A stretch of 64,000 nucleotides of DNA from Octopus sinensis (GCF_006345805.1 NC_042998.1:868001-932000); one strand, 5' to 3'; counted from the stretch's first letter, positions 23,045 through 36,585 are shown. Notes: generated by a model from the sequence alone, not told the origin. Made by a program: numbers and translations.

Positions 23045-23240
23045 TACAGGCGTGGTTTAGTGGTACGAAGCTTGCTTCCCAGCCCTATGGCACCAGGTTC
23101 AGTGCCACTATGAAGCACCTTAGGTACGTGTCTTCTACAATAGCCTCGAGCCGACCAATGCTCTGTGAGTGAATTTGGTAGACGGAAACTGAAAGAAGCC
23201 CATCATATATATACATATATATATGTGTGTGTGTGTCTGT
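23045..23240 (+). mobile_element. OR-like SINE head/CORE; a matching tail lies at ~24620-24820
   Basis: GAAGCTTGCTTCC...GGTTCAGTGCCAC...GTGTCTTCTAC...GGAAACTGAAAGAAGCCC. Confidence 0.75.
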
Positions 23241-23254
23241 CTGTATGTGATATA

Positions 23255-23294
<40 letters not shown>

Positions 23295-23603
23295 TATATA
23301 TATAATATATTGGCTTTAGAATAATCTTCTTTAGCCCTTATAAGATATTTACAATTTTTAACCGTAAAGGTTCTTTTAATATACTGCCACACTTCCTGAT
23401 GGAATTCTTTTCTGTAGAGAAAAAAACTTCATCCTTTTTAATAGTAGTATATATATATATATAATATATAATATATATATAATATATATATATATATTAT
23501 ATATATATATATTCAGCAAAAATTTAGATTCAAATGAATATGGTACTTAATTTAGATGCACCAAAATTTTGTATGGTGTTATCCATAAAATCCGTGGGGT
23601 GAT

Positions 23604-24591
23604 TATAATCAAAATAAGCAACAAGAATGACTTCAGTAATTTGGTACGATCGTTTCGTACTACATCATTTTATTAAATGTTGTAAGTATTACAACAGATT
23701 TAAGATGCTGAGTACTCATCAGCCAATTATAGAGGTTTTCCATCAATACAAAAATTTCAAATCAAGTGGCAACATTATAGAGAAGGTAGATATACAGACA
23801 AAGTTCGGGATTTAAATTTCAAGAACATATGAGGTAGTGAAGTCCTTCCACTGACTGACTAAGATATGGTTGTTCCTAACTGATGTAAGGTTAGAAGCAA
23901 TAAAGATTTTTTAATTGTAGAAATGGGGTAAAGGAGGTTTCAGAACTCTATAAAAGGAATTCATGTTGAAGACAGCAATTTCCACTAATAAATGCCAATT
24001 ACTGCTATTTGGTGAGAGAAACTAAGTCAATGTCAAATGGTCCTAATCCCATTCACAGAAGGTGTAATTTAGAGGAAAAAAAACCTATTACTTATTATTA
24101 TGAGTAGGCATAGTATTTTTTAACTGGGGGAAAGCCTTATTAATTTTAAAGCTAGATTAAATTTAGAAAAAAATTCCAATTTCAAGTTTGCAGTGAAGTT
24201 TTTTTAGTCATCTATGAATGTTAAATTGAAAGCTAGTATAGTATATTTCTTCTTATTTGATTATAAAAAATTAAAATTTGAAAAATATAGGAATACTCAC
24301 AAAATTATTATTTAAAGTATTTAAACGTTCGGGTTGTGCAATGTATACAAGATACTCCCAACTCCAGACGGTTATTCAGCAGATTTGTATAACTCTGATG
24401 TTTTAAAATTTCATAAGTTTCCATAGAACAAAGTTGACAACCAACCCTACTATTTCTATAAGGTTGCACCCTTCTAACTATATCCCATTTTAGGTTGAAT
24501 TCTATATTATTTGTTTTTAGTTCCCAAATGTGTAGTACGAAACGATCGTACCAAATTACTGGAGTCATTCTTGTTGCTTATTTTGATTATA
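23604..24591 (-). mobile_element. Penelope-like element 3' part (GIY-YIG C-terminus + 3' region) bounded by 60-bp inverted repeats
   Basis: HIWELKTNNIEFNLKWDIV..PYRNSRVGCQLCSMETYEILK..LLNNRLEL..CIH (24568-24308); IRs 23605-23664 and 24531-24590 with one mismatch. Confidence 0.88.
23637..23729 (-). ncRNA. Type I hammerhead ribozyme, canonical core, long stem II
   Basis: TAATTGG-CTGATGA-GTACT...AGTAC-GAAA-CGATCG-TA^CCAAATTA; same strand as, and downstream of, the PLE ORF. Confidence 0.85.
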
Positions 24592-26753
24592 TATATATAT
24601 ATACCTATATATATATGAATGTGTCTGTAGCTGCGGGTTTGTCCCCCATCACCGCTTGACAACCAGTATTGGTGTGTTTACGTCCCTGTAAATTAGCGGT
24701 TTGGCTAAAGAGAGGTTTCAATAAGTATCAGGTTTTAATGTACTGGGATTTGACTAAAAATTCTTCAACACGGTGCCCCTGCATGACTGTAGTCTAAGGA
24801 TTGAAACAATTAAAAGATACTCGGTTGGGCCAAATCGAAGCTTTAAGTTTATCGGTAGAAACCAATGCGTTTTAGTAAACGTAGCTGTTGACGACACGTA
24901 CAAGAACGAATCTCTAAAACTATGTTGTGGAAAATCTTTATTATACAAACAGATAGGGAGAGGTAAAAAGTTGACGAATATAACTATTGAAGTTGGTTAC
25001 TTTTTGTGAAACATTTTTCTTTTGAACAGTTTCTTTCTATTTTCTCGCCTGTTCTTTGATTTATAAATAACAATAGCCTTAATGTTTTTCTTACTTGAAA
25101 TGGTTTTAAATATTGTTTATTTTACTGGAAAACGAAACAAATTCAAAATTTCTGGTACAAAACACTAAAATAGTTATCCATGTATCAGAATTAAACATTT
25201 CTTTAAAATACACCCGAACATTAAAAGACCTCGTGTTATTTTTATTTAAAAGCGATACAAAGACACTAAAAAGTGTGTAGTCAAATGAGTTGATAGAATA
25301 CGGTGAACGAATGTTAAAAAACAGCTGATCGTACTATTCTACTTTTGCTGATATGAAGCTGTGTCAAAAGTACTTGGCTCTCAATGGCTCTGGCGATCTA
25401 GCTGTAAATAGATACCTACTTTTAGTTTTGAAAGTATTGACTAACAGTTTCAATGTCTAGCCCGTCTACTGCTAATAACCGTATTGTTAAGTACTGAACA
25501 AGTATCTTCTGAGGAATTGTATGTTATAGGTTGACCACCGATCTTGAAAATAACGTCTATTAAATTATTAGCATATTGGAAACAGAAACATGCTTATGAC
25601 CCTGCGACATTGGTACAACACCAGAGTCTGGAATGACTAGAACAATGCAAAAATAGCACCTTGGTTTCGGACAGACGCGTTAGTAGTTATTGCATAATAG
25701 AGGTCAGTTTTGGTAAGCAGGCCAATGATACTTAAGTAGACGGTGAAACGACAGGCCATAATACTCAGATTTAGTATCCAAAATATTTATTCATCTCCAT
25801 TTGGTCAAGGACCACACTATGGGCTCCGAAGCACAGTGATTTATTGTCTAACGTGCAGTGCTGATGCAAATTCGGTACATTTATTTGAGTTCACTCCTAA
25901 GAGTTTATGTGGAAATGTTCTGTTGTATCTTAGTGTATGAGAAATAATTTTGCGAAACCTCAGCTGATTTTTGAATGATTATAAGTGAGGAATGAACAAT
26001 GGACTTGGTACATTTGCTAATCTCAACGGTAGATTGATTTGCCGTAATCGCTCCGACTCTAGGCTCTGAGTTCAAATCCTGCCGAGGTCCACTTTACATT
26101 TCATTTTGCTCTGTAGTTGATTTCTTCTCTTTCACTCACTCTTTGTTTCTGTCTGCCAGTTAGTCTCTCTCAATTTCTTTCTGGGAGAAACCGGTTGTCG
26201 TCAGACCTGGTGAGATAGAAATAGATTAATTGAGAGATAAAGAGAGAGAGAGAGAGATGGGCTCCATGAGGTCCAAATGTTCAAGGTATACTGTATGTCG
26301 CGACGGTGTTCTAGCGACAACTATCAATGAGTGGATAACCTAAAGCCAGGCGGTAATGATTGTTTTGTTTTTATTTATATTCTTAATATATACATTACAA
26401 GAGAGGTCCTTATAGGACAATTGTATTTACTACTACACTTAGGAGGAAACGGAAATTTTACACAAGAATTTAGTGTTAAATATTAAATTTCAAAGAGTCC
26501 TAGATATAACAATTCAGCAGGTCAATCCAAACAAGTCTTCTTTTGTTTCTTCTTAAGAGTGGCATAAAATCTTTCTTTCCGCACTGACCCATTTAGTAAT
26601 GAGGAATTTATTATCTCATAGAAAGCATGCTGATAAGGAGTGAATTTTGTACAAAAATAATTGACTAGGTTATTCATTTGTTGATAGTGCAAACACTTTA
26701 AATTGGAGTGGATATCTGCAATTATTGTTCCACTAATATTTCTTTATTTACAA

Positions 26754-26965
26754 GGAGGCAAGCTGCAGAAACGTTAGCATGCTGGGCGAAATGTTGGCGG
26801 TATTTCGTCTGTCTTTACGTTCTGAGTTCAAATTCCGCGCATGTTGACTTTGCCTCTCATCCTTTCGTAGTCTATAAATTAAGTACCAGTTGCGTACTGG
26901 GGTCGATCTAATCGACTGCGCCCCACCAAAGAAAGAAAAATTTCGGGCCTTATGTCTAGTGTAGA
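26754..26965 (+). mobile_element. OK-like SINE
   Basis: tRNA-like head, GTTCAAATTCC, GCCTCTCATCCTTTCG core. Confidence 0.85.
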
Positions 26966-27027
26966 AAGGAATACTTCTTTATTTATTTCAGAAACCTGTG
27001 ACACTGCAGTATGGTTAAAAAAGAAGA

Positions 27028-29620
27028 TTATTTTTACAGCCATGTGGTTCTTGGTGAATGGGGATATAAAACATAAAACGAATGAGAATGACATGTTATA
27101 TTTATATAACAATGAAATGTTATATAAAATTGAAATTGCTGCATGGGCCTGATTCCCATGCAGTAACATCTGAACGTTTATACACTCTATTTACAATCGT
27201 TCTATTTTTCTATTGCAATAATAATTCTCTAAAAGAGATATAGACAGTAACTGCTCGACAACATAAGGGACTAAAGCCATCTGAATATGGCTAGGGACAG
27301 GGCAGGGTGGTGGGGGTGTCACTGTTGCATTTAGCCCCAGGCGAACATCGACGTCACCAGAAAGGCCCGACACCGTCACGGTGTCCTTTAACCTGCAAAG
27401 GGAGGTAATTCCCCGATGAAGCGGAAACCACACACGGACCATGGTTTTAAGGTGTATTGCCTATCGTCGGCGTGTGGTAGGCTTCCGCTTCCTCGACGAA
27501 CTCTCACTCTGCAGGATATTCATATATAGATTTTCAAGCAAAATACATTTGCTGATTTCGAAAATCTGTTCGAAAGCAATAATAATTCTCTAAAAGAGAT
27601 ATAGACAGTAACTGCTCGACAACATAAGGGACTAAAGCCATCTGAATATGGCTAGGGACAGGGCAGGGTGGTGGGGGTGTTACTGTTGCATTTAGCCCCA
27701 GGCGAACATCGACGTCACCAGAAAGGCCCGACACCGTCACGCCGACGATAGGCAATACACCTTGAAACCATGGTCCGTGTGTGGTTTCCGCTTCATCGGG
27801 GAATTACCTCCCTTTGCAGGTTAAAGGACACCGTGACGGTGTCGGGCCTTTCTGGTGACGTCGATGTTCGCCTGGGGCTAAATGCAACAGTAACACCCCC
27901 ATCACCCTGCCCTGTCCCTAGCCATATTCAGATGGCTTTAGTCCCTTATGTTGTATTTTTCTATTGTTTTTTCTTAATCATCTTTTTTTCTCTTTTTTCT
28001 TTCCATTGAAACACTTTTACTTTTTTCTTTCAACAAAACAATTTTACTTACTCATTTTTTTTTCCATTTTAATACCTCATGAAAGGCTCCACGTCTCTGA
28101 GTTCAACTACGGGTGGCAGTTCATCGAACTCCACCAACACTCCGGCCGGGTCAATCTTGTTTCTGCACATGTCTCTCAGTCTCTTGTATGTGTCTTTGTC
28201 GACTACAATGGCCTTTACATTTTCGGAATATATATCCGTGGGTAACCTTACCCTTATGATATGCTTAAATTTTACAATTTTTCTTTCCGTCTCTTTGTTT
28301 TTTTACATATGTTACAAAGTTCCATTTATTTTTTCCTTTCCTTGGTTTTCTCTTTTCTACTTCCGGTTCCTTTTCTATCTCCACTCTGAACAATTTCTCC
28401 ATTTCACCCTCGTACAGTTGTACTCCTGAATCTTTCTCCCTCGCTGAAATAACACTGTTTCCTCCTTCTGTAACTCATTCTCGCACACTTTTCCAATTAC
28501 TTTTTCACTTTCTTTCTCCATCACCATTTTGTCTTCTTTCCTTCTGGTCGCATCTTTCATTTCCACCTCTTCTTTCTTCTTTTTCTGGTTACCAGGCCGG
28601 GGGGGGGCTCCCTCTTCCACTTCTTTTTCTTTCCACCACCGTAAATCCTTCCTCCATTGTTTTCTCTTCCATCTCTACCTGTACTACCTGTTCTCTACTT
28701 TCCTGTTTCTCCTTCTGTTCTCTCTGTGGGCACCTCGCCTTCATGTGGCCTTTCTCCCCACATGCAAAACATACAGGCGGCCTGCCCTCCACCACCACCA
28801 CCACCACCACTCTCAATCTCAAGTCGTCGGGTAGCACTATCTCCTCAGCAATCCGATTTAAGTCTTCTATTGTTGCCTGGATAGTGAGCTCGATCCCGTA
28901 TCCCCAGTAGTTGATTCTATTTGTCCTTATGGCCTTCAATATGTTGGCCCCATCCTTCATGTTGAACATTATGGTTGTCATCAGCCATGCTTCTTCTTGT
29001 TCTGGGAGTACTTTACCTACTCGCACTCTGGCCACACGTTTGCCACATTACGACGGCAAAAGTACCCACTCCTCCGATCTTATTGTCTCTTCCTCTGTCG
29101 CAAAGCGCACCTCCATGGTGGCATACTTCCTTCTTCTTGTTATATAAATTGTTAATGTTTTAATGCTTTTCAATACCTCTTCGATTTCCTCCACTGTCGC
29201 AATCTCTATCTTTCTCATTCCTATTTTCATTGTTTTATACGTAACTCTTCGTCCCGTTACACTGTTTGTCAGCTCTGCAGGTGGCGTCAACTTCAACGTC
29301 TCTCCATCCTTCTCCAGCAACTTTTCACATCCCTTCATTTTCCTTGGTTCGACCTTAATCGCAATTATCTCCAACGTTTTCTCTTCAGATCCTTTTCCAG
29401 TTAAGGACGCCCGCAGGTGTTTTCTCCATTTTTCTTTCAATGGCAAAAAAATTAAACAACAACAATTAACAACATCAACAATCAAACAGCAATAAACGAA
29501 CAATTATTTAACTCTTTTACTCATAGAAAACACTCCGTCATCAACGACTCAACTCCAAATATAATACTGTCAACTACTCTCCGACTCTGCTACTACTTAC
29601 CTCCAACAATGACTGTCTCA
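27028..29620 (-). mobile_element. ORF1-only L1/Tx1-like element, copy 3 (type B), with an insertion in its 3' UTR
   Basis: Frameshifted ORF1 from ATG ~29429: KYATMEVRF, VLLPS*CGKRVARVRV, knuckle CFACGEKGHMKARC, acidic/basic C-terminus ending ...VEPFMRY*; family tail ~27028-27130; no ORF2. Confidence 0.8.
27216..27953. mobile_element. TSD-bounded direct+inverted composite of an RTE-like 3' end
   Basis: A 27215-27474 (+), B 27576-27741 (+, partial), C 27738-27954 (inverted A); 13-bp flanking repeat TATTTTTCTATTG; translation LLDNIRD*SHLNMARDRAGW resembles an RTE C-terminus. Confidence 0.75.
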
Positions 29621-29729
29621 ATTTATAGTGGCTAATTCATACCACCTGGCCACGTGGGAAGGAATGTACCGTTTTCACTACAACATACACATACACACAC
29701 ACACACATATATAGTACAAATTTACAGAA

Positions 29730-29900
29730 AAAAGACGAAAGCAGGTGAGGGAACAAGCGGGTGCGTATTAGTTTGGCGCTCTGGAAGAATGAAAAAGTCT
29801 TTGACGCTTCGAGCCTACGCTTTTCGACAGAAAGAGTTGAGAGGAAAAAATGGAGAGAGAACGAAAAACAAGATGCAGAAAGAAAATAATGCGTGGGGAT
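29730..29900 (-). repeat. Hammerhead-like repeat family H
   Basis: TCTTT-CTGTCGA-A-AAGCGTAGGCTC-GAAG-CGTC-AAAGA on the minus strand. Confidence 0.65.
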
Positions 29901-32109
29901 TAACGGTTGGCGTCTATATGAAATAGCGACAGAAATGTGAAACGGATTGAGGATGCAATTGGTAGAGTTGTCGCCCTTCCTTCTCTCTGTTATTTATTTG
30001 CCATGAATTATTGAAGTTATTCTAAGTTAAGCACCATTTACTGTGAATGCATGGCATTTCTTTTCTTCGAATATGTAAATTTACTTGACTACTTAAAGTA
30101 ATTGAAAATTAAACTGTTTTATTATAGCAGTATGGGCAATAGATTTGTAATATGAGGTTTTATATTGCACAACCCCATCTCTGGAATGTTTAGCGTCAGT
30201 GATAATTGAAGTTCAGAGCAGATAACGGTTGGTATGACGGTCGATCCCAGGAAATAGCAATACAAAATATTGACTGTGCGTCGAGCCTCAGAGTAGAGGA
30301 ATGGTCAATGAGGATCTTTAATAAAAAGAAAAATGATCTCTTATAATAATGCATATATGTTTGGGAGGAATAGAGAGAATGAAAGAGAGAAAGAGGGGGA
30401 GAAAGTGTGTGTGTGTGAGTAAGTGTGTGTTTGAGCATATTTGAAAGCGGAAAGATAGGCGCCAATATTTATTTGATAGTGGTAGTTTTATAGACTGGCT
30501 ATTGAAATGCAAATATAGAAGTATACCTCTACAACATAATTAAACCTCTTGAGTTACTTTCTAAACCAGAATTTCCGTCCCAAAAACGGAATGTACTCCA
30601 GTGTTAGTATTAATCATATCATCACACTGTGAATTTCTGTGATTATAAGTACAAACAATTTACTACATCTGACTTAAGGGAAGCTCCTGCAGTGTCAAAG
30701 AAAGTCTATTCTAATCAAACGTTTAAGCCTATGTGAACCTGTTTGAGGAAAAGGTTCATTGGCTTTTAGTGAACAAATAAACTAATTTTTTATCAATTAG
30801 TACCAATTTAGATTTGAAAATATCCAGAGTATGTGCATGCCTGTGCGTGTATGGTTGCTTGTCTGTGTGTGTGTGAGGGGAGTGTTATGTAAAGCAAGAA
30901 AGTGTTGTGAGATTATGAGAAATAATGGCACTCTACGGAAAGTGACAAGTTTGTTGTGAACTCAATCTGTGACATTGTTGAAACCATTTAATTACTCTTA
31001 TGCAACGTATATTTACTACTTAAGCCCTTCTTTCCCTCCGGAGAATAGGGGGCATCGACGGCTTTTCTCTACTGTTCTTGACTCAGGGTTGTCTTTTTTG
31101 TTTCCCTCTAATTGGATCCGTGCTTTTTCAGCTCTGCTTCAGTATCTCGAAAGCGTCCACTCTCTTCCCTTCTATGCGGGCTCTATTCAATTCTTTTTCC
31201 TATTTTTTCTCCTGAGTGAAGGGTTCCCTTTCCCGGCTCTGATAGGTTTGTTTTCAATGTTTCTATAACTTTGCTTTTTTTTTCTAGGCAGTGCTGTTGG
31301 CTCTACGCAAACCCATTGCTATTTCTAAGAAGAGGGGGTTCATATTAGTCTGTCTGCTATCCTTTGACCCGTCTAGCATAAAAGACCCTACTTGGAGCTT
31401 GTGCCCTGCTGGAGTAGCTATCAGGATCATTAAGGAACACAGGCCACCACACAACAAAGGCTGGAACTTGTAGTGGTTATATCACATATACTTTAAGGAA
31501 CACACAAACATCTCAATACCATATTTTCCCTTTTCTTAATCAACTGAACCTAATACATAGTTTCATGAGATGAGGGAACCTCAACGAAGTTAGAAAGAAT
31601 AGCAACCAAATCTCTCAGGAACAAATCTTAAACTACTGTCTTAAAAATTCGTGATGGATACAGTAATTCTTGACATCATAGATGAGCATAAGGAAGAATT
31701 GTCATTGGTTGGCGATTATAGATCTGCTTGATCAGGGCTGACATAGAGTGAAACAACTACAACAATTATAACGTTCACTTCATTCCTGCTCTTCAGTCAG
31801 ATAGTATAATTCTGAATGGAAGACAATTGCAAAGAAAATAATATAACCGAAAGAATGAATGTGACATGTGTAAACTTCTGGAAAATAAAGGTTTCGATAT
31901 AAATGAAGTTTCTAAAATAGAAAAGTTTCTTAATTAGATAAAGTGAAGTAATTTCCACCAGAACACATCGCCTGGTCACAAATCTGGATCGTTGGGAGCT
32001 TATGACAACAACCTCATTAAGACTAGTATTAAGCGTAAGACAAAGCCGTTGAAAAAGTAGCAACATTGTTACAAACCTACCGGTATTCTACAAAAAAAAA
32101 AAAAAAGTA

Positions 32110-32570
32110 TATGGATTCGGTGTTTGGCTCCAGGCCAGCATTTTCAAGGGAGGAATTAAGTTGATTATAATGACTCCAGTACGCAACGGGTACTTATTTT
32201 ATTGATCCTGAAAGTGTGAAAGGTAAAGTCAACCTCGGCGGACTTTGAACTCAGAAAGTGAATATGGACGAAATGCCGCTGAGCATTTTGCCCAGCATGC
32301 TGTTATGCAAGCTCGCCGCCGTAAATAATAAAATTAGAATAACACCATGTTATGCTATCATATAAAATTCTTTCTACTATAGCCACAAGACCTGAAATTG
32401 GGTCAAAGGAGTTGTCAAATCGATTACATTGACGGCAGTACTTGACTAGTAGTTATATTATCGATGACAAAAACGACGGAAGGTAAAGTCGACCTTGGCA
32501 GCATTTGAACTCGGTACGTAAAACGGAAGAAATTCGAAGTCTGCTAACAATTCTGCAACCTCGCCAGAAA
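32110..32570 (-). mobile_element. Two degenerate OK-like SINEs (32110-32322, 32380-32570)
   Basis: AAGGTAAAGTC.ACCT.GGC...TTTGAACTC in both. Confidence 0.75.
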
Positions 32571-32822
32571 TAAAAGCATATGTCAGAGATGTCATACGCT
32601 TGCATCATTTTAGTGAGCTATGACCATTAATATCTTGTGGATATTGCATATGCATTAAGTATAATGTACGCTAGTTTTGAGTATTGTTATTGAAATTTGT
32701 TTTAGATATCTTCTTTTCATTCTTAACATATAATTTGAGTATCAAAGACTTCATGGCTATAATAGAAAAATAAATCAACATATGAGATATTTGCGTCGGC
32801 GTTCGTAAATGCGTGTAAAATG

Positions 32823-32889
<67 letters not shown>

Positions 32890-33333
32890 TATATTATTAT
32901 TGTTGTTGTTGTTGTTGCTGTTATCTGTCAAATCGATAAGGATGTTATATTAGGATAATGAATTTGAATATTAAATAATGCTTTCTGCATATTGAATAAC
33001 ATTTTAGGAAATTAGATATTAAATAATAAATATTAAGTACTTCGTTGGTTATGAATCGTTTTTGTAATTCAGTCTGACTATTATATCTGGATGATTTCGT
33101 ATCAAATGATCCGCCTAGTAGTTGTTTCGTTAATAACAAGATTACTCAATAATCATTTTTTGATTAAGTTGAAGCTTTAGTAAAGACAGTTTATTGGCTG
33201 CGGATAAATTCTATTTCGATTCTGGTAAGTAATTACTTTAAATATTGTTTCAGATAGTTTCTTGCCAAATCATTGATGTTACAAAGTTATGGAAACGATG
33301 TAGACCAGACTATCGTAATTCTGTTTTGCATAT

Positions 33334-33370
<37 letters not shown>

Positions 33371-33627
33371 ACACACATCTTTACACATCAATATTGATAA
33401 CACTGCGTATGACCTACTCTACCATTTCTGATAATATTTCAAGGCTGTTATATCTCTATAATATAGACAACATTGAATCTCAAAAGGCTGCCTGTCCTCT
33501 TAAAGGTTTGAAATCGTTTCAACTTTATACAATTGCTGAATCATTATTAAGTCCAAGAGTGTTCTACAAAAGAATACCACACACACATGAGTAAATATAT
33601 CTGTCTGTCTACTTATATATATATATA

Positions 33628-34140
33628 TCTCTTATTATAAAAGGCAGATTTTATCTGCCTCCCTTTGGGAGTTATAGAATCTCTTATAAAAGGCAGATTT
33701 CATCTGCCTCCCTTTGGGAGTTATAGAAATCTACAATATAGGATTTCTTCAATTACAATTTACCTAGCATTTTTAAGAGTACAATGCATCGCGTCATGCC
33801 AGGTCCAGTTTTTAAAATTTAAACTCCAATTAAGCAAAATTTACAGAAAACTCACATTCTGGTGTGTGTGTCAACTGCTTTTCTTAGTCTGGTTTACACC
33901 ACACGCAAACGCACACACACAGTGTGCAACGAATAAAATGAAAGTAAATAGCGACAGAGTGATTTGAGGAAGACTAAACTGAAAGTATTCTGTCTATGAC
34001 GCTGATAGATACATGAGTAAAATGTATGGGAAGCTAAGAGCTAAGAGTGAGTGAAAATGTTCTTGGAATAGAGTAAATAGCGAGAGAGAGAGTGATTTGA
34101 GGAAGACTTTACATTAAATAACCGTAGTGGCTTGTGTTAG
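33628..34140 (+). mobile_element. Possible non-autonomous Helitron-like element with a ~41-bp internal tandem duplication
   Basis: Starts A|TCTCTTATTATAAAAGG; TATAAAAGGCAGATTT.ATCTGCCTCCCTTTGGGAGTTATAGAA twice; 3' end TTAG|T is weak. Confidence 0.4.
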
Positions 34141-34145
34141 TAATA

Positions 34146-34340
34146 AAGTAAACATACACTCATACATACATACATACATACATACATACATACATACATA
34201 CATACATACACACACACACATACACACACACATACATACACACACACATACATACATACACACATACATACATACATACATATACATACATACATATACA
34301 TACATACATACATACACACACACACATACACACACACACA
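34146..34340. repeat. (TACA)n/(CA)n microsatellite
   Basis: Direct inspection. Confidence 0.95.
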
Positions 34341-34519
34341 CAGTATTGAAGCTTGAGAACAATCAGATACATTTGCAACACATCTGTTGAAAATATTATT
34401 GTTCACACACATACATATACATATATACATACAGACAGACAGACAGATAGACACACACACACACACACACACACATGATCCAGCATGGCCACAACCTCAA
34501 GGCTGAAACATATAAAAGA

Positions 34520-34890
34520 ATAACAGAATATAAATGTATGCAAAGTACAAGAAATATTAATGCAGTATATGGGGATTGGACAATAAGCGTAAGGCAGTGT
34601 CAATGGTGGTTCCAGAAATCCCGAGCCATAAACTACAGCCTAGAAGACGAGCCTCATCCTGAAAGATCTGTAGAACTCGACAAGGACATCCTGAAAACCC
34701 TGGTGGAACAAAATCTCATCGTAACTGTTGAGGAACTAGCAGAGAAGCTTGGATTTGGTCATTCAACCATTCATTGAGACCTGTGTGCTATCGGAAAAGT
34801 CAGCAAATTCGGTCAATGGGTTCCTCACGAACTTTCCGAGTCTAATTGCATGCAGAGTGTGAATGTATGCTTTTCTTTGCTGTCACATCT
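34520..34890 (+). mobile_element. Mariner transposase N-terminal fragment (same family as 48200-49347)
   Basis: RNINAVYG..QWWFQKSR..SLEDEPHPERS..TVEELAEKLG..WVPHELS. Confidence 0.88.
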
Positions 34891-34912
34891 CACCACTACT
34901 GCGCTATGTATA

Positions 34913-35449
34913 TCTATATATATAAAACTGTAGTTGTGTGAGTGTCTGTCCCCTTCGATTTAGATTCCTAACTACTCCCACATTTTGCGGTGCAGTTTAA
35001 CCAAATTCGGGTAGCTTATAGTCGTGTTTCATATCGAGCCCGTCTGAGAATTAGCGCGCGTCTACGATGAGTCTACGATTTTAAAAATAATTTAACATCA
35101 TTTTTTATTCCATTTTAATGCATAATTTTTCGTGTGTCGATGGCGGCGGAGTTGGCGTCCACGCTCACACCTGCACTTGTGGGGAAGGGAGTGTAAGGAA
35201 ATCAACGTCGTAATGCGTTGTCAAGGAGACCAGTGTTCTTTTAGAACAACGACTTCATGGCTTGAAGACACCAAAACAGAAATGGCTAAGAAAGCGTCTA
35301 CATGAGTCTACGATTTAAAAAAAAAATTACCATCGTTTTTTTCCATTTTAATGCATTTTTTCGCTATTATATAAGGGAAGTAACTCTCTAAAAATGCTTA
35401 TATAGTTATTTCCCTTACAAACCCGAGCAACGCCGGGCGATACTGCTAG
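34913..35449 (+). mobile_element. Non-autonomous Helitron
   Basis: A|TCTATATATATAAAA start; 3' hairpin CCCG-AGCAACGC-CGGG; CTAG|T end; second copy at 49695-50087. Confidence 0.9.
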
Positions 35450-35652
35450 TATATATATAAATTTGTTGTTGAAAATGCACCTGAATTTGAAAAACTTGTA
35501 ATAGTGTTTGTAATTGTGATAAATATCCAATTGAGGTGAATACCGCAGGCTATTCGTCAGGCCAAGGGTGTCTTGATTAAACGAAAGTTTGCATTGTGGC
35601 AAGGAGATACATGTTAACACATGGATGATTATATCAATCTTGGATCTTACAT

Positions 35653-35687
<35 letters not shown>

Positions 35688-35688
35688 C

Positions 35689-35729
<41 letters not shown>

Positions 35730-35758
35730 TATATATATATCTACATTATATATATATA

Positions 35759-36583
35759 TTAGCTGACGTACCCGGTAATTCCCGGGAAAGCAGGGCTTAT
35801 CCCTTGGTTCCGTTCTCATAATTATTTCGCTAATCCAGTAACAACAATACAAAGTTTGTAGCCCTTAAAACAGTTTTTGTGCATCTACAGAGAATACCGA
35901 ACTGTCTTATACAGGATCTTGTCTTTAGAAATTCCAACTAAGTTATGAATACCCAAATTGTGAAGTCAGTTACATAATAAAAATGAAATTAGTTGCCCGA
36001 TAGTATAAATTCAAATAAAGTAGCCCCGAAAAGGGCTGTAATGCATTCCCAGAGTATATAGAAATTAGGAGGAAATACTAATAAGGTATATATACTAAAA
36101 TCGTGAAGCTTGTTACGTAATTTCAAGCTAATCAGATATGAGATAATAACAATTCAAAGTAAATAACTCTGAAAATGGCTTTTGTGTGTTCCCAGAGAAT
36201 ATTACCCTCAGGATAATAAGTCACTAAGCGAAATAAGTGGATCTATTGTTTAGGAAAATACTATTTACGTGTTTAAAGGTTGTACTGGATAAAATGTGAA
36301 AATAAATCGAACTGTTCAAATACTAAGAAATAAGCATGCTTAATTTGATTTATACCAAATAATTTAGGAAAATGAAGGGGTTTATTTACCTTAGCTATAT
36401 ATATACGGATTCCTCCCAGGAGCCCTATTATCGACTTTTTTCAACAATCTGAGTATGCCATGAGGTTTCCAGACATGAATTCTACTCATGTGTCAAGTTT
36501 CATGAAAATCGATAAAACGATGTAGGAGGAGTTAGGTAACAACTCTACAAACACACGCACTGATAGAATTTCCAACATACATA

Positions 36584-36585
<2 letters not shown>
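35759..36585 (-). mobile_element. Helitron/Helentron-like non-autonomous element
   Basis: Minus-strand 3' hairpin CCCGG-GAATTA-CCGGG followed by CTAA; 5' part TATCGATTTTCATGAAACTTGACAC typical of HINE-like repeats. Confidence 0.55.

Noticed and set aside
27412-27450. CCGATGA...GAAACC hammerhead-like motif
   Set aside because: Only 4 nt separate the two core parts, so there is no stem II, and no NUH site is correctly placed in any topology I tried.
33225-33253. GTAAGT donor followed by TTTCAG acceptor
   Set aside because: The implied intron is only 29 nt, and the upstream frame is short and unrecognisable.
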